Assembly: GCA_963666285.1 (NCBI GenBank)
Contig: OY762711.1
From: Sedimentisphaerales bacterium
GTDB taxonomy: Bacteria; Planctomycetota; Phycisphaerae; Sedimentisphaerales; SM23-30
Reading direction: 5' to 3' (one strand)
DNA: 64,000 nucleotides
Below are positions 28,573 through 38,167 of this stretch, in pieces. Below the pieces are notes generated by a model. It saw only the letters and a program-made list of their open reading frames with translations, was not told where the DNA came from and searched no databases. The translations under genes and the position numbers were made by a program. Position 1 is the first letter of the stretch. The number at the start of each line of letters is the position of its first letter.

Positions 28573-29895
28573 ATGACAAAGTTCAATTTTACAATAGACT
28601 CGCTGGGTGAATGCAATTATGAATCACCGTTAAAACTTTCAACGGTTAAAGGTGACCTTGTAGCTGATTTTGTTGACGATAAAGCAAGGCTCATTTACCA
28701 AAACGAGATCATGTCTGACCAGATTACAACCGGACTAAAAGATGATGCAGTATTAGAACTGGCCGGTCCGCGAGAGAAGCTGTATTTCGATCCTGAAACT
28801 ACCAAGGCAGGAATAGTTACCTGCGGCGGGTTGTGTCCGGGGCTGAACGATGTTATCCGTGCAGTAGTGCTGACGCTATGGGATAACTATGGTGTTCGAT
28901 ATATATTCGGGCTGCCATTTGGATATAAAGGTTTGATAGCTGAGTATGGAATTGAGCCGGTTGTGCTTAATCCGGAAGTAGTAAAAGATATCCACACCAA
29001 AGGCGGTACAATGCTGGGCTCATCTCGCGGCAACGGCAACCGAACATCTGAAATGGTGGATACAATCGAGAGACTGGGGCTAAATATATTGTTTACTATT
29101 GGCGGTGACGGCACCCAGAAAGGTGCACTGGCAATAAGTAAAGAAGTACGCAGCCGAGGGCTAAACTGTGTTGTTGTCGGAATTCCCAAGACCATCGATA
29201 ACGATCTTAGCTTTGTCGAAAGAACATTTGGCTTTGCCACGGCAGTATCGAAAGCGTGCGAATCGATATCTTCAGCTCATACCGAAGCATGCGGAGCCCA
29301 AGGCGGCATCGGTTTAGTAAAAGTAATGGGCCGTGAATCAGGATTTATCGCAGCTTGTACCGCATTGGCAATGAATGATGTTGATTTTGTGCTGATTCCT
29401 GAGATTAGCTTTGACCTTGAAGGGCCAAACGGCTTACTTGCAGCATTAAAAACAAGACTGCAGAATAATGGTCATGCCGTGGTGCTTGCGGCAGAAGGTG
29501 CAGGCCAGGATATGGCAGCTTCTGAAGGAACCGATGCGTCGGGTAATAAGAAGCTGGGCGATATCGGGCTAATACTCAAAGCCAGGATAAGCGAATATAT
29601 GAAAGCAGAGGGAATCGACCATACGGTAAAATATATCGACCCAAGCTATATCATTCGCAGTACACCGGCGATACCTGTTGATTCAATTTATTGTGCCAGA
29701 CTGGGAGCTAATGCTGTACATGCCGGGATGAGTGGTAAAACCGGGCTGCTGATAAGCATGATGCAGAACAGATATGTGCATGTGCCGATTGAACTATGTG
29801 TACAGAAAAGAAATATCGTTGACCTGGACGGACCGCTCTGGCGTGATGTGGTTCTGGCAACCGGCCAGCCGTATATATTGAAGAGCAAGGAATAG
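28573..29895 (+). CDS. pfkA: ATP-dependent 6-phosphofructokinase (group X type)
   Basis: AGPRE, TCGGLCPGLN, GGDGT, PKTIDND, MGRESG and YIDPSY. ATG at 28573 with SD. Confidence 0.92.
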   Translation: MTKFNFTIDSLGECNYESPLKLSTVKGDLVADFVDDKARLIYQNEIMSDQITTGLKDDAVLELAGPREKLYFDPETTKAGIVTCGGLCPGLNDVIRAVVLTLWDNYGVRYIFGLPFGYKGLIAEYGIEPVVLNPEVVKDIHTKGGTMLGSSRGNGNRTSEMVDTIERLGLNILFTIGGDGTQKGALAISKEVRSRGLNCVVVGIPKTIDNDLSFVERTFGFATAVSKACESISSAHTEACGAQGGIGLVKVMGRESGFIAACTALAMNDVDFVLIPEISFDLEGPNGLLAALKTRLQNNGHAVVLAAEGAGQDMAASEGTDASGNKKLGDIGLILKARISEYMKAEGIDHTVKYIDPSYIIRSTPAIPVDSIYCARLGANAVHAGMSGKTGLLISMMQNRYVHVPIELCVQKRNIVDLDGPLWRDVVLATGQPYILKSKE

Positions 29896-29932
29896 CCAGG
29901 ACCAAAGCTCGCTATCGCTCAGCAACCCAGGG

Positions 29933-31126
29933 TTATAATGACTCTCCGCAGGCATGACCGCTGGACCAGGCCCATTGCAGATTATAGCCGCCAAGCTGGC
30001 CGGCGACATTAACTACTTCGCCGATGAAGTACAAGCCAGGTACTTTTTTAGCTTCCATAGTCTTACTGGAGAGTTCATCAGTATCCACCCCGCCAATAGT
30101 TACCTCAGCTTTACGGAAGCCATCGTCACCATTGGGAATGAATTGCCAGTTGTTGAGACTGTCAGCCGCGGCTTCAATTTGAGGGATTGTCCAGTTAGCA
30201 ACAGCATCCATCGAGATATACCGCTTCTGCCAGATCCTGACAAACTTCTGAGAGAGATACGGCTGAAGTATTTTGCGAGCTGTCCAGGAGCCATTATTGG
30301 CACGGGCATCCAGAAATAGCTGACGGGCGTCAGTTTGCGGCAGCCAGTTGATAGATATCGCCTTGCCGGGAGAATATACACATGAAATTTGAAGTATAGC
30401 CGGGCCGCTAAGACTCCAATGGGTGAAAAGTACTTCCTCGGTAAACGATTTACCATCACACGAAACAGTCGCAACACAGGAATTGCCGGTAAGCTCACTG
30501 AGATATTTAACATCTTCTTTACCATAGACCAGCGGGACCAGGCCGGAACGAATCGGGATAAGTTTCATACCAAACTGTTCGGCGATATTATAGCCGTCCC
30601 TGGAAGCACCACATTGCGGCCAGGCAAAGCCACCCAAGGCAACAACCAGCTTTTCAGCAGTAAAATTTCCGTTTGTGGTGGAAACTTTAAATCCGGATTC
30701 TGTTTTGCCAACGTCCTTTACCTCACTATTGAGCTGAAACTGAACGCCGCTATCGCAACACAATTTTTCAAACATATTGACAATCTCACCGGCACTGTGC
30801 AGGCAAAACATACGACCATGTTCTCGCTCTTCAAATTCGATATTGTGGTCGCCAAGCATGCCGACAAAATCCCAGGGGGTAAAACGAGCCAAGGAGGATT
30901 TTACAAAATGTGGGTTTGAACAATAGAAATTGGCCGCAGCACAATCGACATTAGTGAAATTACACTTGCCGCCGCCGGAGATATGAATCTTACCGCCGAG
31001 TCGTTTGGCCTTATCGATAATGAGAACGGTTTTACCACGCCGCCCTGCCATATAAGCAGCCATGAGCCCTGCCGGGCCGCCACCGAGGATAATAATATCA
31101 AATTTGCTTAGTTTGCTATCTGCCAT
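29933..31126 (-). CDS. HI0933/YhiN/BaiN family flavoprotein
   Basis: GGGPAG, ISGGGKCNFTN, AEVTIGGV and GGYNLQWAWSSG. Confidence 0.92.
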   Translation of the reverse strand: MADSKLSKFDIIILGGGPAGLMAAYMAGRRGKTVLIIDKAKRLGGKIHISGGGKCNFTNVDCAAANFYCSNPHFVKSSLARFTPWDFVGMLGDHNIEFEEREHGRMFCLHSAGEIVNMFEKLCCDSGVQFQLNSEVKDVGKTESGFKVSTTNGNFTAEKLVVALGGFAWPQCGASRDGYNIAEQFGMKLIPIRSGLVPLVYGKEDVKYLSELTGNSCVATVSCDGKSFTEEVLFTHWSLSGPAILQISCVYSPGKAISINWLPQTDARQLFLDARANNGSWTARKILQPYLSQKFVRIWQKRYISMDAVANWTIPQIEAAADSLNNWQFIPNGDDGFRKAEVTIGGVDTDELSSKTMEAKKVPGLYFIGEVVNVAGQLGGYNLQWAWSSGHACGESL

Positions 31127-31262
31127 AGCGATAAATTGTAAGGTTTTACATGCCAGTAATCAATTGAAAATGGAAATGGGATATATAGAATAGCAGTAAA
31201 TATAAATGCCATAAGGCTATGAAAAAAATGAATCTTAATTTAATGGTTCTACAGTGCCTGTA

Positions 31263-33236
31263 TCAATTAAGCCATTTATCCAGAAGCCAGCTTATATCTG
31301 ACATATCAACAATCGAATCGCCAAAAGAAGGGAATATGTCAGCGGCAGTATCAGAACCAAGCCAGTTTGCTGCGATAACAGCAAAGTCGGCAATATTAAA
31401 CTCACCGTCAGTATTGAAATCGCCCGGCTGATTTTGAGTCTGGCCGGAAACCAAAAGAGAATATCGCTGCAAAGTATTTCTATCCATCTGGCTATAATTT
31501 ACAATAACCGTATACTGGCCCGGGACAGGATCAGAAATATAAACCTGCTCGACATTATCTCTAATATTTGTGCCGGCAGCAGCAAGTTCAGCCGGATTGG
31601 CCGGATCAAGCACATAGGGCAAATAAACAGAACTGTCAGGTGCTACAATCTGAAGATCAAGATCATTTACCAACCGCAAGGTTGTATTGTCAAGAGTTTC
31701 GGGGGAACCATACGAACCCGGTTTGTCGGTCCAGCATAGAGTAACCTTTACAGGTTCGGTACCATCACTTTCAAATGTAAAAGTATCTTCATCGTCAACA
31801 GCCTGAAATCTTCCCCGTTCCAGAGAATCTTCTACGATATTTAAAGAGTCCGGATTATATTTGTGCAGAACCAGCAGCTCGGCAGCTTCCAGGGCATTGA
31901 TAAGTCCCCAACCGTATTTGTAGTCCGGACCGGCATTACCCATATCATCAGCAGTGTGGATAATGAGCCCTTTTAACGTACTGCTAAGCATATATTCACC
32001 AGGGAAAAGTTTGAGATATAGACTCGCCAGCTGCCCGGCGGCACCGGCTGCACCAGGTGCTGCTAGACTGGTACCGTTAGAAGTTGTGTAAGAAGAATCA
32101 TTTGAATAAGAACAGGTGTAAACAAGGTATCCATTTGCGACTACATCAGGTTTGATCCTGCCGTCGTCGGTCGGCCCCCAGGCACTGTGAGTAGCCATAT
32201 TGGCATTTGCAATGTTTCTGACAAGTTCACCGTCAACTGTAGCAACAGCATCTGTAACCGAGCCAACAGTAAGAATATTTTTGGCACAGGCGAAAGTATC
32301 GACTGTATCAAAACCGCCATTATCCCAGTTGTCAGCCTTGGGACCAGACGAAGCGTCATAGGTCATCGGATTTTCGAGGTCAAAATCACCATACTCATAA
32401 TAAGTAGCTCCGTCAGATGGCTTACCGTCAGACCTGTCGTTACCGGCAGCCCATACCGGTAGATAATATGGTGAATCGTTGCAAATAACATCAAATGGAT
32501 AGGAATAATAGTAATTCCCGAAATAAGCGCATTCATCCTGACCAGAAATCCCACTCCAATACCAGATTCCATCCAGGCTTACCCAGCCGTTAACGACACC
32601 ATATGAATGATTTGAGATTGAAACTTTCCCAACCTGCCCGGAAGTAGCCATGGCATAATCTGCCATTTCCAGGTCGTCATCAGTCCAGTCAAAACAATTG
32701 AGCATTGCAGCAGGCAGCATCCCTTTAACGCGTTCATTAACACCACTGGCAGCCAATACACCTGCAACCATTGTAGAATGATAATGAACCGTTGCACCAT
32801 CGCTAGAAGAAACACGTCCTGTTAATTCCTGGTGAGTTTCTCTCGGCATGCCGGCATCCCACATGCCAACAGTAATACCATCACCATCTGCAAGGAAATA
32901 TGAGTTATCACGAGTTTCAGCTCCATTGATTGACATAACAGCATCAACAGTATGGGCATGATTAACAATAAAATGCCCGTTATGAATCTCTCTAAGCTGA
33001 AAATCGAACTTAGTAAAAAGATCAGCTGCCCGGCTATTATTATTGAGAAAATCACTTGCCGCCTTGCGTGCATTTACCCGATTTGATGACCAATTAGAAT
33101 TGAACCCTCTATTTTCGTACATTTGCCGTGTTGGAAACTCCAGATTATCATCCACCTGAGCAAATATATTAATTGGAATGCTCAAAACTGTTAAAATAGA
33201 TAAACAGATTCCTCTTTGCCTCAAATATCTCAACAT
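31263..33236 (-). CDS. Secreted S8 subtilisin-like serine protease with dockerin-like C-terminus
   Basis: VGMWDAG (Asp), HSTMVAG (His), AAGN, GTSLAAP (Ser), NDLDL and NVEQV; C-terminal GDFNTDGEFNIADF repeat. Start uncertain (ORF open to 33299). Confidence 0.9.
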   Translation of the reverse strand: MLRYLRQRGICLSILTVLSIPINIFAQVDDNLEFPTRQMYENRGFNSNWSSNRVNARKAASDFLNNNSRAADLFTKFDFQLREIHNGHFIVNHAHTVDAVMSINGAETRDNSYFLADGDGITVGMWDAGMPRETHQELTGRVSSSDGATVHYHSTMVAGVLAASGVNERVKGMLPAAMLNCFDWTDDDLEMADYAMATSGQVGKVSISNHSYGVVNGWVSLDGIWYWSGISGQDECAYFGNYYYSYPFDVICNDSPYYLPVWAAGNDRSDGKPSDGATYYEYGDFDLENPMTYDASSGPKADNWDNGGFDTVDTFACAKNILTVGSVTDAVATVDGELVRNIANANMATHSAWGPTDDGRIKPDVVANGYLVYTCSYSNDSSYTTSNGTSLAAPGAAGAAGQLASLYLKLFPGEYMLSSTLKGLIIHTADDMGNAGPDYKYGWGLINALEAAELLVLHKYNPDSLNIVEDSLERGRFQAVDDEDTFTFESDGTEPVKVTLCWTDKPGSYGSPETLDNTTLRLVNDLDLQIVAPDSSVYLPYVLDPANPAELAAAGTNIRDNVEQVYISDPVPGQYTVIVNYSQMDRNTLQRYSLLVSGQTQNQPGDFNTDGEFNIADFAVIAANWLGSDTAADIFPSFGDSIVDMSDISWLLDKWLN

Positions 33237-33603
33237 TATTTTTCTCGCCCTGTTATTTTGAGTAATTAAAACTTTATAAAGTAAGTAGTATTTTAGCAAA
33301 ACATTGCCAGAAACTGCAATAGCTTTATTGGCAACCTAAAAGAATACAACTTACACCACCACATAGTACTACCCATAAGACACTACAAACCAAATAGTTA
33401 TACCAAAAAACACCACATACAACAGAAAATAAACTGATACTGACTGTAAATTTATATTTAAATACGAATCAAGAAATCTCTATCCAATTAGCCCTATACT
33501 CTGTAAAACGTCATTGCCACAATAAACCATTTGGTTTAAATTAAATATAAGAAAAATTAACTTCCTTAAAAATCAGGAACTCCAAACAGAGAATAGAAAC
33601 AAC

Positions 33604-34971
33604 ATGAAACGAAGATATTCAATACTGTTAATGTTTGCCGCCGCTGTCTTTTTCTATTCAGAATGTCATGCAGGCGAAATAACCGTTCCGCCAGAAGGAT
33701 ATGACAGCTTCTATAAAAAATACCTCGATTGCGACGGTATTCCGGTAATCAGTTCTGAAAAAGTTGATGACCGGGCATTCTACAGGCTCAGGCTATTACT
33801 GGATAAAGTATTAGAGAATCGGCCGGACGTCAAGCAAGCTCTTATAGATGAAGGTTTTAAGTATATCATAATCGCCCAGGAAGAAGAAGTAACCGATGTA
33901 CCCGAATACGCTTATATGGAGCCAAAGGATTACTGGAATAAACGCGCGAGAGGGTTCGGCGGTAAAACCACCAGCTGCGGCGAAGAAAACCTGCTGATGC
34001 TGCCGGGCGACAGATATTTTAATGAAAGTATATTTATCCATGAGCTGGCCCACGGAGTACATTTGACGGGGCTGGTAAAATGCGAGCCCGGATTTCAGGC
34101 AGAACTGGACAGGCTGTATAAAAGTGCAATAGATAAGGGTCTGTATAAAGAGGATTATGCGGCAACAAATGCCGAAGAATACTGGGCGGAATCATTCCAG
34201 GCATTTTATGACTGTGATGCCGAAAACAATTTTGTACACAACCATGTAAACACCAGGGAAGAACTGATTGAATACGATAAAGATATATCGGATTTCATCG
34301 CAAAGGTAATGCGAATTAACAAAGACAATGACTGGCGTTATTATACGCTGATTGATGCAAACACTATTGAAACAGCCCCGGCAGAACTAAGTCAGAATGG
34401 CCAGTTCACCAGGTACATCTGGTGTGCAGGCTTTCCGATACTGGGAACCAGCGATGTTAATAATGACGAAATGCTGCTGATAAACAATCTGATAAGAAAT
34501 CTGTTTTACTACAGGCAAGATATCCTGGAGAAGATGACTGCTGCCGGTTATGCGATTATGATTAGCAGCCATGATGATGATAACATAATCAGTAAAGATG
34601 GAAACCATATTAAGATTAAGGCCGGCACATTACTGAGTACCAATGAAACCCTGAATGGCAACCCTGGAAAAGTAATTTACGAACTGGCGATGTCGGGGGC
34701 TGATTGCATTGAAGATAAAGGTTTTATGGAAAAGCTCAAAATCACATTCGATAATAACAAAGAAAAATGGTCTGAAAATTCTCAAAGGAATTTGAGTAAT
34801 GAAAAGATATATTTTGCAACCGGAGTACAGTTGTATTTTGATGCCGGAACCATATTGAATGTCAACAGTCGGGAAAAACTAAAGGAGTTCGATCCTGAAC
34901 TGGCAAAACTGGTCGAACAGGTATTCAAATATCCGAATAAGAAAAAATGGCGACTTTGCAATAGCAGATAA
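33604..34971 (+). CDS. Secreted zinc metallopeptidase-like protein with internal duplication
   Basis: Signal peptide, IHELAH and NAEEYWAE; the second half is a degenerate copy of the first. Confidence 0.75.
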   Translation: MKRRYSILLMFAAAVFFYSECHAGEITVPPEGYDSFYKKYLDCDGIPVISSEKVDDRAFYRLRLLLDKVLENRPDVKQALIDEGFKYIIIAQEEEVTDVPEYAYMEPKDYWNKRARGFGGKTTSCGEENLLMLPGDRYFNESIFIHELAHGVHLTGLVKCEPGFQAELDRLYKSAIDKGLYKEDYAATNAEEYWAESFQAFYDCDAENNFVHNHVNTREELIEYDKDISDFIAKVMRINKDNDWRYYTLIDANTIETAPAELSQNGQFTRYIWCAGFPILGTSDVNNDEMLLINNLIRNLFYYRQDILEKMTAAGYAIMISSHDDDNIISKDGNHIKIKAGTLLSTNETLNGNPGKVIYELAMSGADCIEDKGFMEKLKITFDNNKEKWSENSQRNLSNEKIYFATGVQLYFDAGTILNVNSREKLKEFDPELAKLVEQVFKYPNKKKWRLCNSR

Positions 34972-35017
34972 TAATATACGCTCCTGCAATGAAAGACGAA
35001 GTTTAAGTTTCAAGTAT

Positions 35018-35497
35018 TTACATATCGAACGGCTTGATAATATCATTAATAGCAAACTGACTGACAGCAGGCTGCGTTTCCGCAAACTTCACAATTTTAT
35101 TATCTTCAATTGTGATATGTTCAGACAGCCACATATTAATCAAAGCCAAAAGTTCATTTATTTCTGCCTTTTCATTATTCAACTTATCCAGCAAATCGTC
35201 AATCGAATCACACATTTGCTCATGTAATCGTTTATGTTCAAATATCTCTGGATAATCAATATAAAACATATAGTTTTCTTCACACTCAAAGTGTTTTTCT
35301 ACAAAAAATTTAAATTTCAGGAGAATCTCATAGGCAGACTCATAATTAAATGAATCACCTGTTATATGATGATAGAACTCATTAAGATCTTTAATTATTT
35401 CTTTATGCTGGTCATCAATTTCAGCTAAGCCAACCGAAAGCTTGTCATCCCATTCAAATACAGGCTGTTTTTGTTTTGTATTAATATTTTCTACCAT
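35018..35497 (-). CDS. Bacteriohemerythrin
   Basis: FEWDDKLSVG, IDDQH, HFECEE, HKRLH and WLSEHITIED iron-ligand pattern. Confidence 0.92.
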   Translation of the reverse strand: MVENINTKQKQPVFEWDDKLSVGLAEIDDQHKEIIKDLNEFYHHITGDSFNYESAYEILLKFKFFVEKHFECEENYMFYIDYPEIFEHKRLHEQMCDSIDDLLDKLNNEKAEINELLALINMWLSEHITIEDNKIVKFAETQPAVSQFAINDIIKPFDM

Positions 35498-36016
35498 AAT
35501 TATGCTATATACTGATTTTTAATAGCACCCATTATTAATTACCCATATATATTGTCCACTAGCCCATACCTCGTATATAAACCGATTTAGCTTGAATAAA
35601 TCACTTAATGACATATTTCCCATAACTTCAATGCTAAAAAAATATATTTTTTTATAGGCAAACCACAATAAACGCATAATTGACATATAAAGCTAAACTG
35701 TCAGGACCACCCTTGGAACAGGGATTATTAGTTACTACAATAAAGCCAGTTACAATTCAGAATTATAACCAACTTTATAATGCCAAACACACTTTATCCT
35801 TAAATTAATTCATAACAATTTGCACAAAATAATAAATAACAGGATTCAAAAAACATCATATCATTATTAAGAATTTCCAATATTATAGGACGTAGTATCA
35901 GAGATTGAACCATATTGGAGTTCAAATGCAGTAGAACAAATAGCGGGCAAAGCTTAATCCGTAAATTGGTTCAAGGGTACATCTGAAAAAAACAAAGACA
36001 AACAAGATACAAATCT

Positions 36017-36046
36017 TTGACAATGCTGGTTTTTTATTGATATTAT
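36017..36046 (+). promoter_or_regulatory. Sigma70-type promoter candidate
   Basis: TTGACA-N18-TATTAT upstream of the 36147 ORF. Confidence 0.45.
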
Positions 36047-36146
36047 TAAACCATAAGGTTAATATATATCGAGTATAATTGCGGATGGGCCTACCATAGC
36101 CGCCCTACCTGGATAAACCATATAACGCATTATTTGATAACGGTTT

Positions 36147-36425
36147 ATGTCGCTAGAAAGTAATAATAACACTACAGAAGCGCGAGTAACAGATTTTGTC
36201 TCCCGATTAAGCGGTGAAGAGGCTATGCTGGTCACACTCAAGAGAGAGCTGTACGAAGGCTGCTGGACTACAATGTTAAGGGATTTGCAGAACCGGCTGG
36301 AAGGCAAGCCGTACATTTTTAAACTGGCGAACCGCATTATGGATGATATCAAGCGAATTGAAAAGTTAAAGACCTTTGAAGATGAGCTACAGATAGATCT
36401 CGGCGACTTCGTAAAACGACAATAG
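36147..36425 (+). CDS. Hypothetical small protein
   Basis: 92-aa ORF with plausible helical composition (LKRELYEGCW..DLQNRLEGKPYIFKL) and an upstream promoter candidate. Confidence 0.75.
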   Translation: MSLESNNNTTEARVTDFVSRLSGEEAMLVTLKRELYEGCWTTMLRDLQNRLEGKPYIFKLANRIMDDIKRIEKLKTFEDELQIDLGDFVKRQ

Positions 36426-36431
36426 TATTTT

Positions 36432-36616
36432 AAGTGCGGTATCGCGCTTTTGACTGCTCAATATTACACGCAAAGGCCGGAACAGGCCATGTAAATAAAA
36501 GACATTACATTTTATTGTATTTCCGAGTTAATTCTCGAAAGTAAATTTAATTCAAAGCGTTGCAGGAAGGCCTTTAAGGCGATTTTTGCAACTTAAAACT
36601 GCGAAAGTAAACATAT
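36432..36616. repeat. Dispersed structured intergenic repeat, copy B
   Basis: Colinear and highly similar to copy C over about 185 nt. Confidence 0.9.
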
Positions 36617-36655
36617 AACAATCCGAAAATAATAATGGAATTTAAGGAAGTGGTA

Positions 36656-37831
36656 ATGAAAAACACAAGCAAGGCGATATGTATCCTGTCAGCTTTTACT
36701 TTTTTGATTTCTTTATGCAGCTGCGGCTTACTGCCAAGCAAAAAGCCAGAAGTTGTAAACAAGGATATCAGGCTGTCATCAGATATACTTGATAAAATAG
36801 GATTGGAAGAGAAATGGGTCATACAGGATCTTGGCGGTCCTCAGACCACAATCAAAGCCATGTTGAAAAAAGGTTCTGCACTGTACATATTCAACAGTAA
36901 CAGTTCATTTTACTGTATCAACATGCTGACAGGCGGAGTCAACTGGGAGGCTCGCTTTCCTCAAAAGCTCGGCAACCTTGCACAATTGAGCACATACAAC
37001 AACCGTGTACTGATAGCTCTGAGTAACGAGATTTTTGAGCTTAATGTTGAAAATGGCAATGAAACCAACCACTGGGTACTGCCATTTACCCCTACCACTT
37101 CTATTGCCCGCGATGAAGAGCTTCTTTTTGCCGGTGCCAGTGACGACAGATTCTACTGTATGAAACTTCCCCTTTTGACAACTGTATGGAAGAGTCTGCA
37201 GACAGAACAACCTAAAGATGTTATCTGGCTGGATACCCGTGAAGAAAAAGGCAAACGTGTCGGTAATGTATTCTTCACTTGTGATAACGGTACAATGTAT
37301 GCGGCAAAATACGATAAACGCCAGCTGGTATGGGAGTTGAAAACCTCGGGGTCAATTCCTGGCAGCGTATTTGATAAAGATCAATGTTTTGTACCATCTA
37401 CAGACACCGCTCTTTATTGTGTGAATAAAGAAAATGGAAATATTTTCTGGAAATATCTTGCCGGCGGCAAGCTATATGAAGTTCCAGCGGTAACAGAAAA
37501 ATTTGTATATCAGCCGATTTTGAACAAGTCCCTGGTATGTCTGGAAAGATATCCTGAAGGCAAAACTCCGGCAGAAGGCCATGAAAGACTTATCCCTAAG
37601 GTAAGATGGGAACTTAAAACAGGCACAAAAATGTTGAGCGAAGTCGGCGATAGAGTATTTACAGTAAATGAAGCCGGCCAGATGGTTGTAATGAACAATA
37701 AAACGGGTCAGAAAGAATACGCGTTTTATATGCCTAATGTTGATACCTTCTGTAGTAATACCGAAGATGATTTGCTGTTACTGGCAAATAAAACCGGTGA
37801 TATACTGGTATTACAGACCACTCAATACTAA
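36656..37831 (+). CDS. PQQ-like beta-propeller lipoprotein (BamB-like)
   Basis: Lipobox LCSC; repeated C-x-N/D-xxx-GxxxW propeller motifs. ATG 36656 with AAGGA SD. Confidence 0.78.
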   Translation: MKNTSKAICILSAFTFLISLCSCGLLPSKKPEVVNKDIRLSSDILDKIGLEEKWVIQDLGGPQTTIKAMLKKGSALYIFNSNSSFYCINMLTGGVNWEARFPQKLGNLAQLSTYNNRVLIALSNEIFELNVENGNETNHWVLPFTPTTSIARDEELLFAGASDDRFYCMKLPLLTTVWKSLQTEQPKDVIWLDTREEKGKRVGNVFFTCDNGTMYAAKYDKRQLVWELKTSGSIPGSVFDKDQCFVPSTDTALYCVNKENGNIFWKYLAGGKLYEVPAVTEKFVYQPILNKSLVCLERYPEGKTPAEGHERLIPKVRWELKTGTKMLSEVGDRVFTVNEAGQMVVMNNKTGQKEYAFYMPNVDTFCSNTEDDLLLLANKTGDILVLQTTQY

Positions 37832-37837
37832 AAGATT

Positions 37838-37871
37838 AAAGCTCTATAAGATAAACTTATAGAGCTTTTTT
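37838..37871 (+). terminator. Rho-independent terminator
   Basis: AAAGCTCTATAAG-ATAAA-CTTATAGAGCTTTTTT. Confidence 0.85.
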
Positions 37872-37940
37872 ATTCTAAATTATGTTTTTAGCAGGTATGG
37901 GGAAAAAGGGGAATATGCATTCAGCATAATCAAGACTGAT

Positions 37941-38129
37941 AAAGTGCGGTATCGCACTTTTGACTGTTCAACATTATACGCAAAGGCCGGAACAGGGGCC
38001 TTGTGAATGAAAACTTTACTTTTAATTGTATTTTCGAGTTAATTCTCGAATGTAAATTTAATTCATAGTGTTGCAGGAAGGCCCTTTTGGCGATTTTTGC
38101 AACATAAAAACAGCGAAAGCTAACATATA
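37941..38129. repeat. Dispersed structured intergenic repeat, copy C
   Basis: AAAGTGCG-GTAT-CGCACTTT hairpin followed by the same conserved blocks as copies A and B. Confidence 0.9.
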
Positions 38130-38167
38130 GAGAGTTTGTTTTTAATTTAATTCAATGACAGGAGCTA

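Noticed and set aside
35498..36146. Possible RNA gene in long AT-rich intergenic regions (also 3941-4462 and 48280-48984)
   Set aside because: No tRNA cloverleaf, rRNA, tmRNA, RNase P or recognisable riboswitch motif seen by eye.
36466..36490. ACGCAAAGGCCGG as part of a c-di-GMP-I riboswitch
   Set aside because: The P1 GNRA hairpin and tetraloop-receptor elements are absent, and copy A has no downstream gene on that strand.
36432..38129. Repeat copies as integron attC sites or a CRISPR array
   Set aside because: No conserved RYYYAAC/GTTRRRY ends across copies, no integrase or cas genes, no regular repeat-spacer periodicity, and the flanked genes look like core genes.
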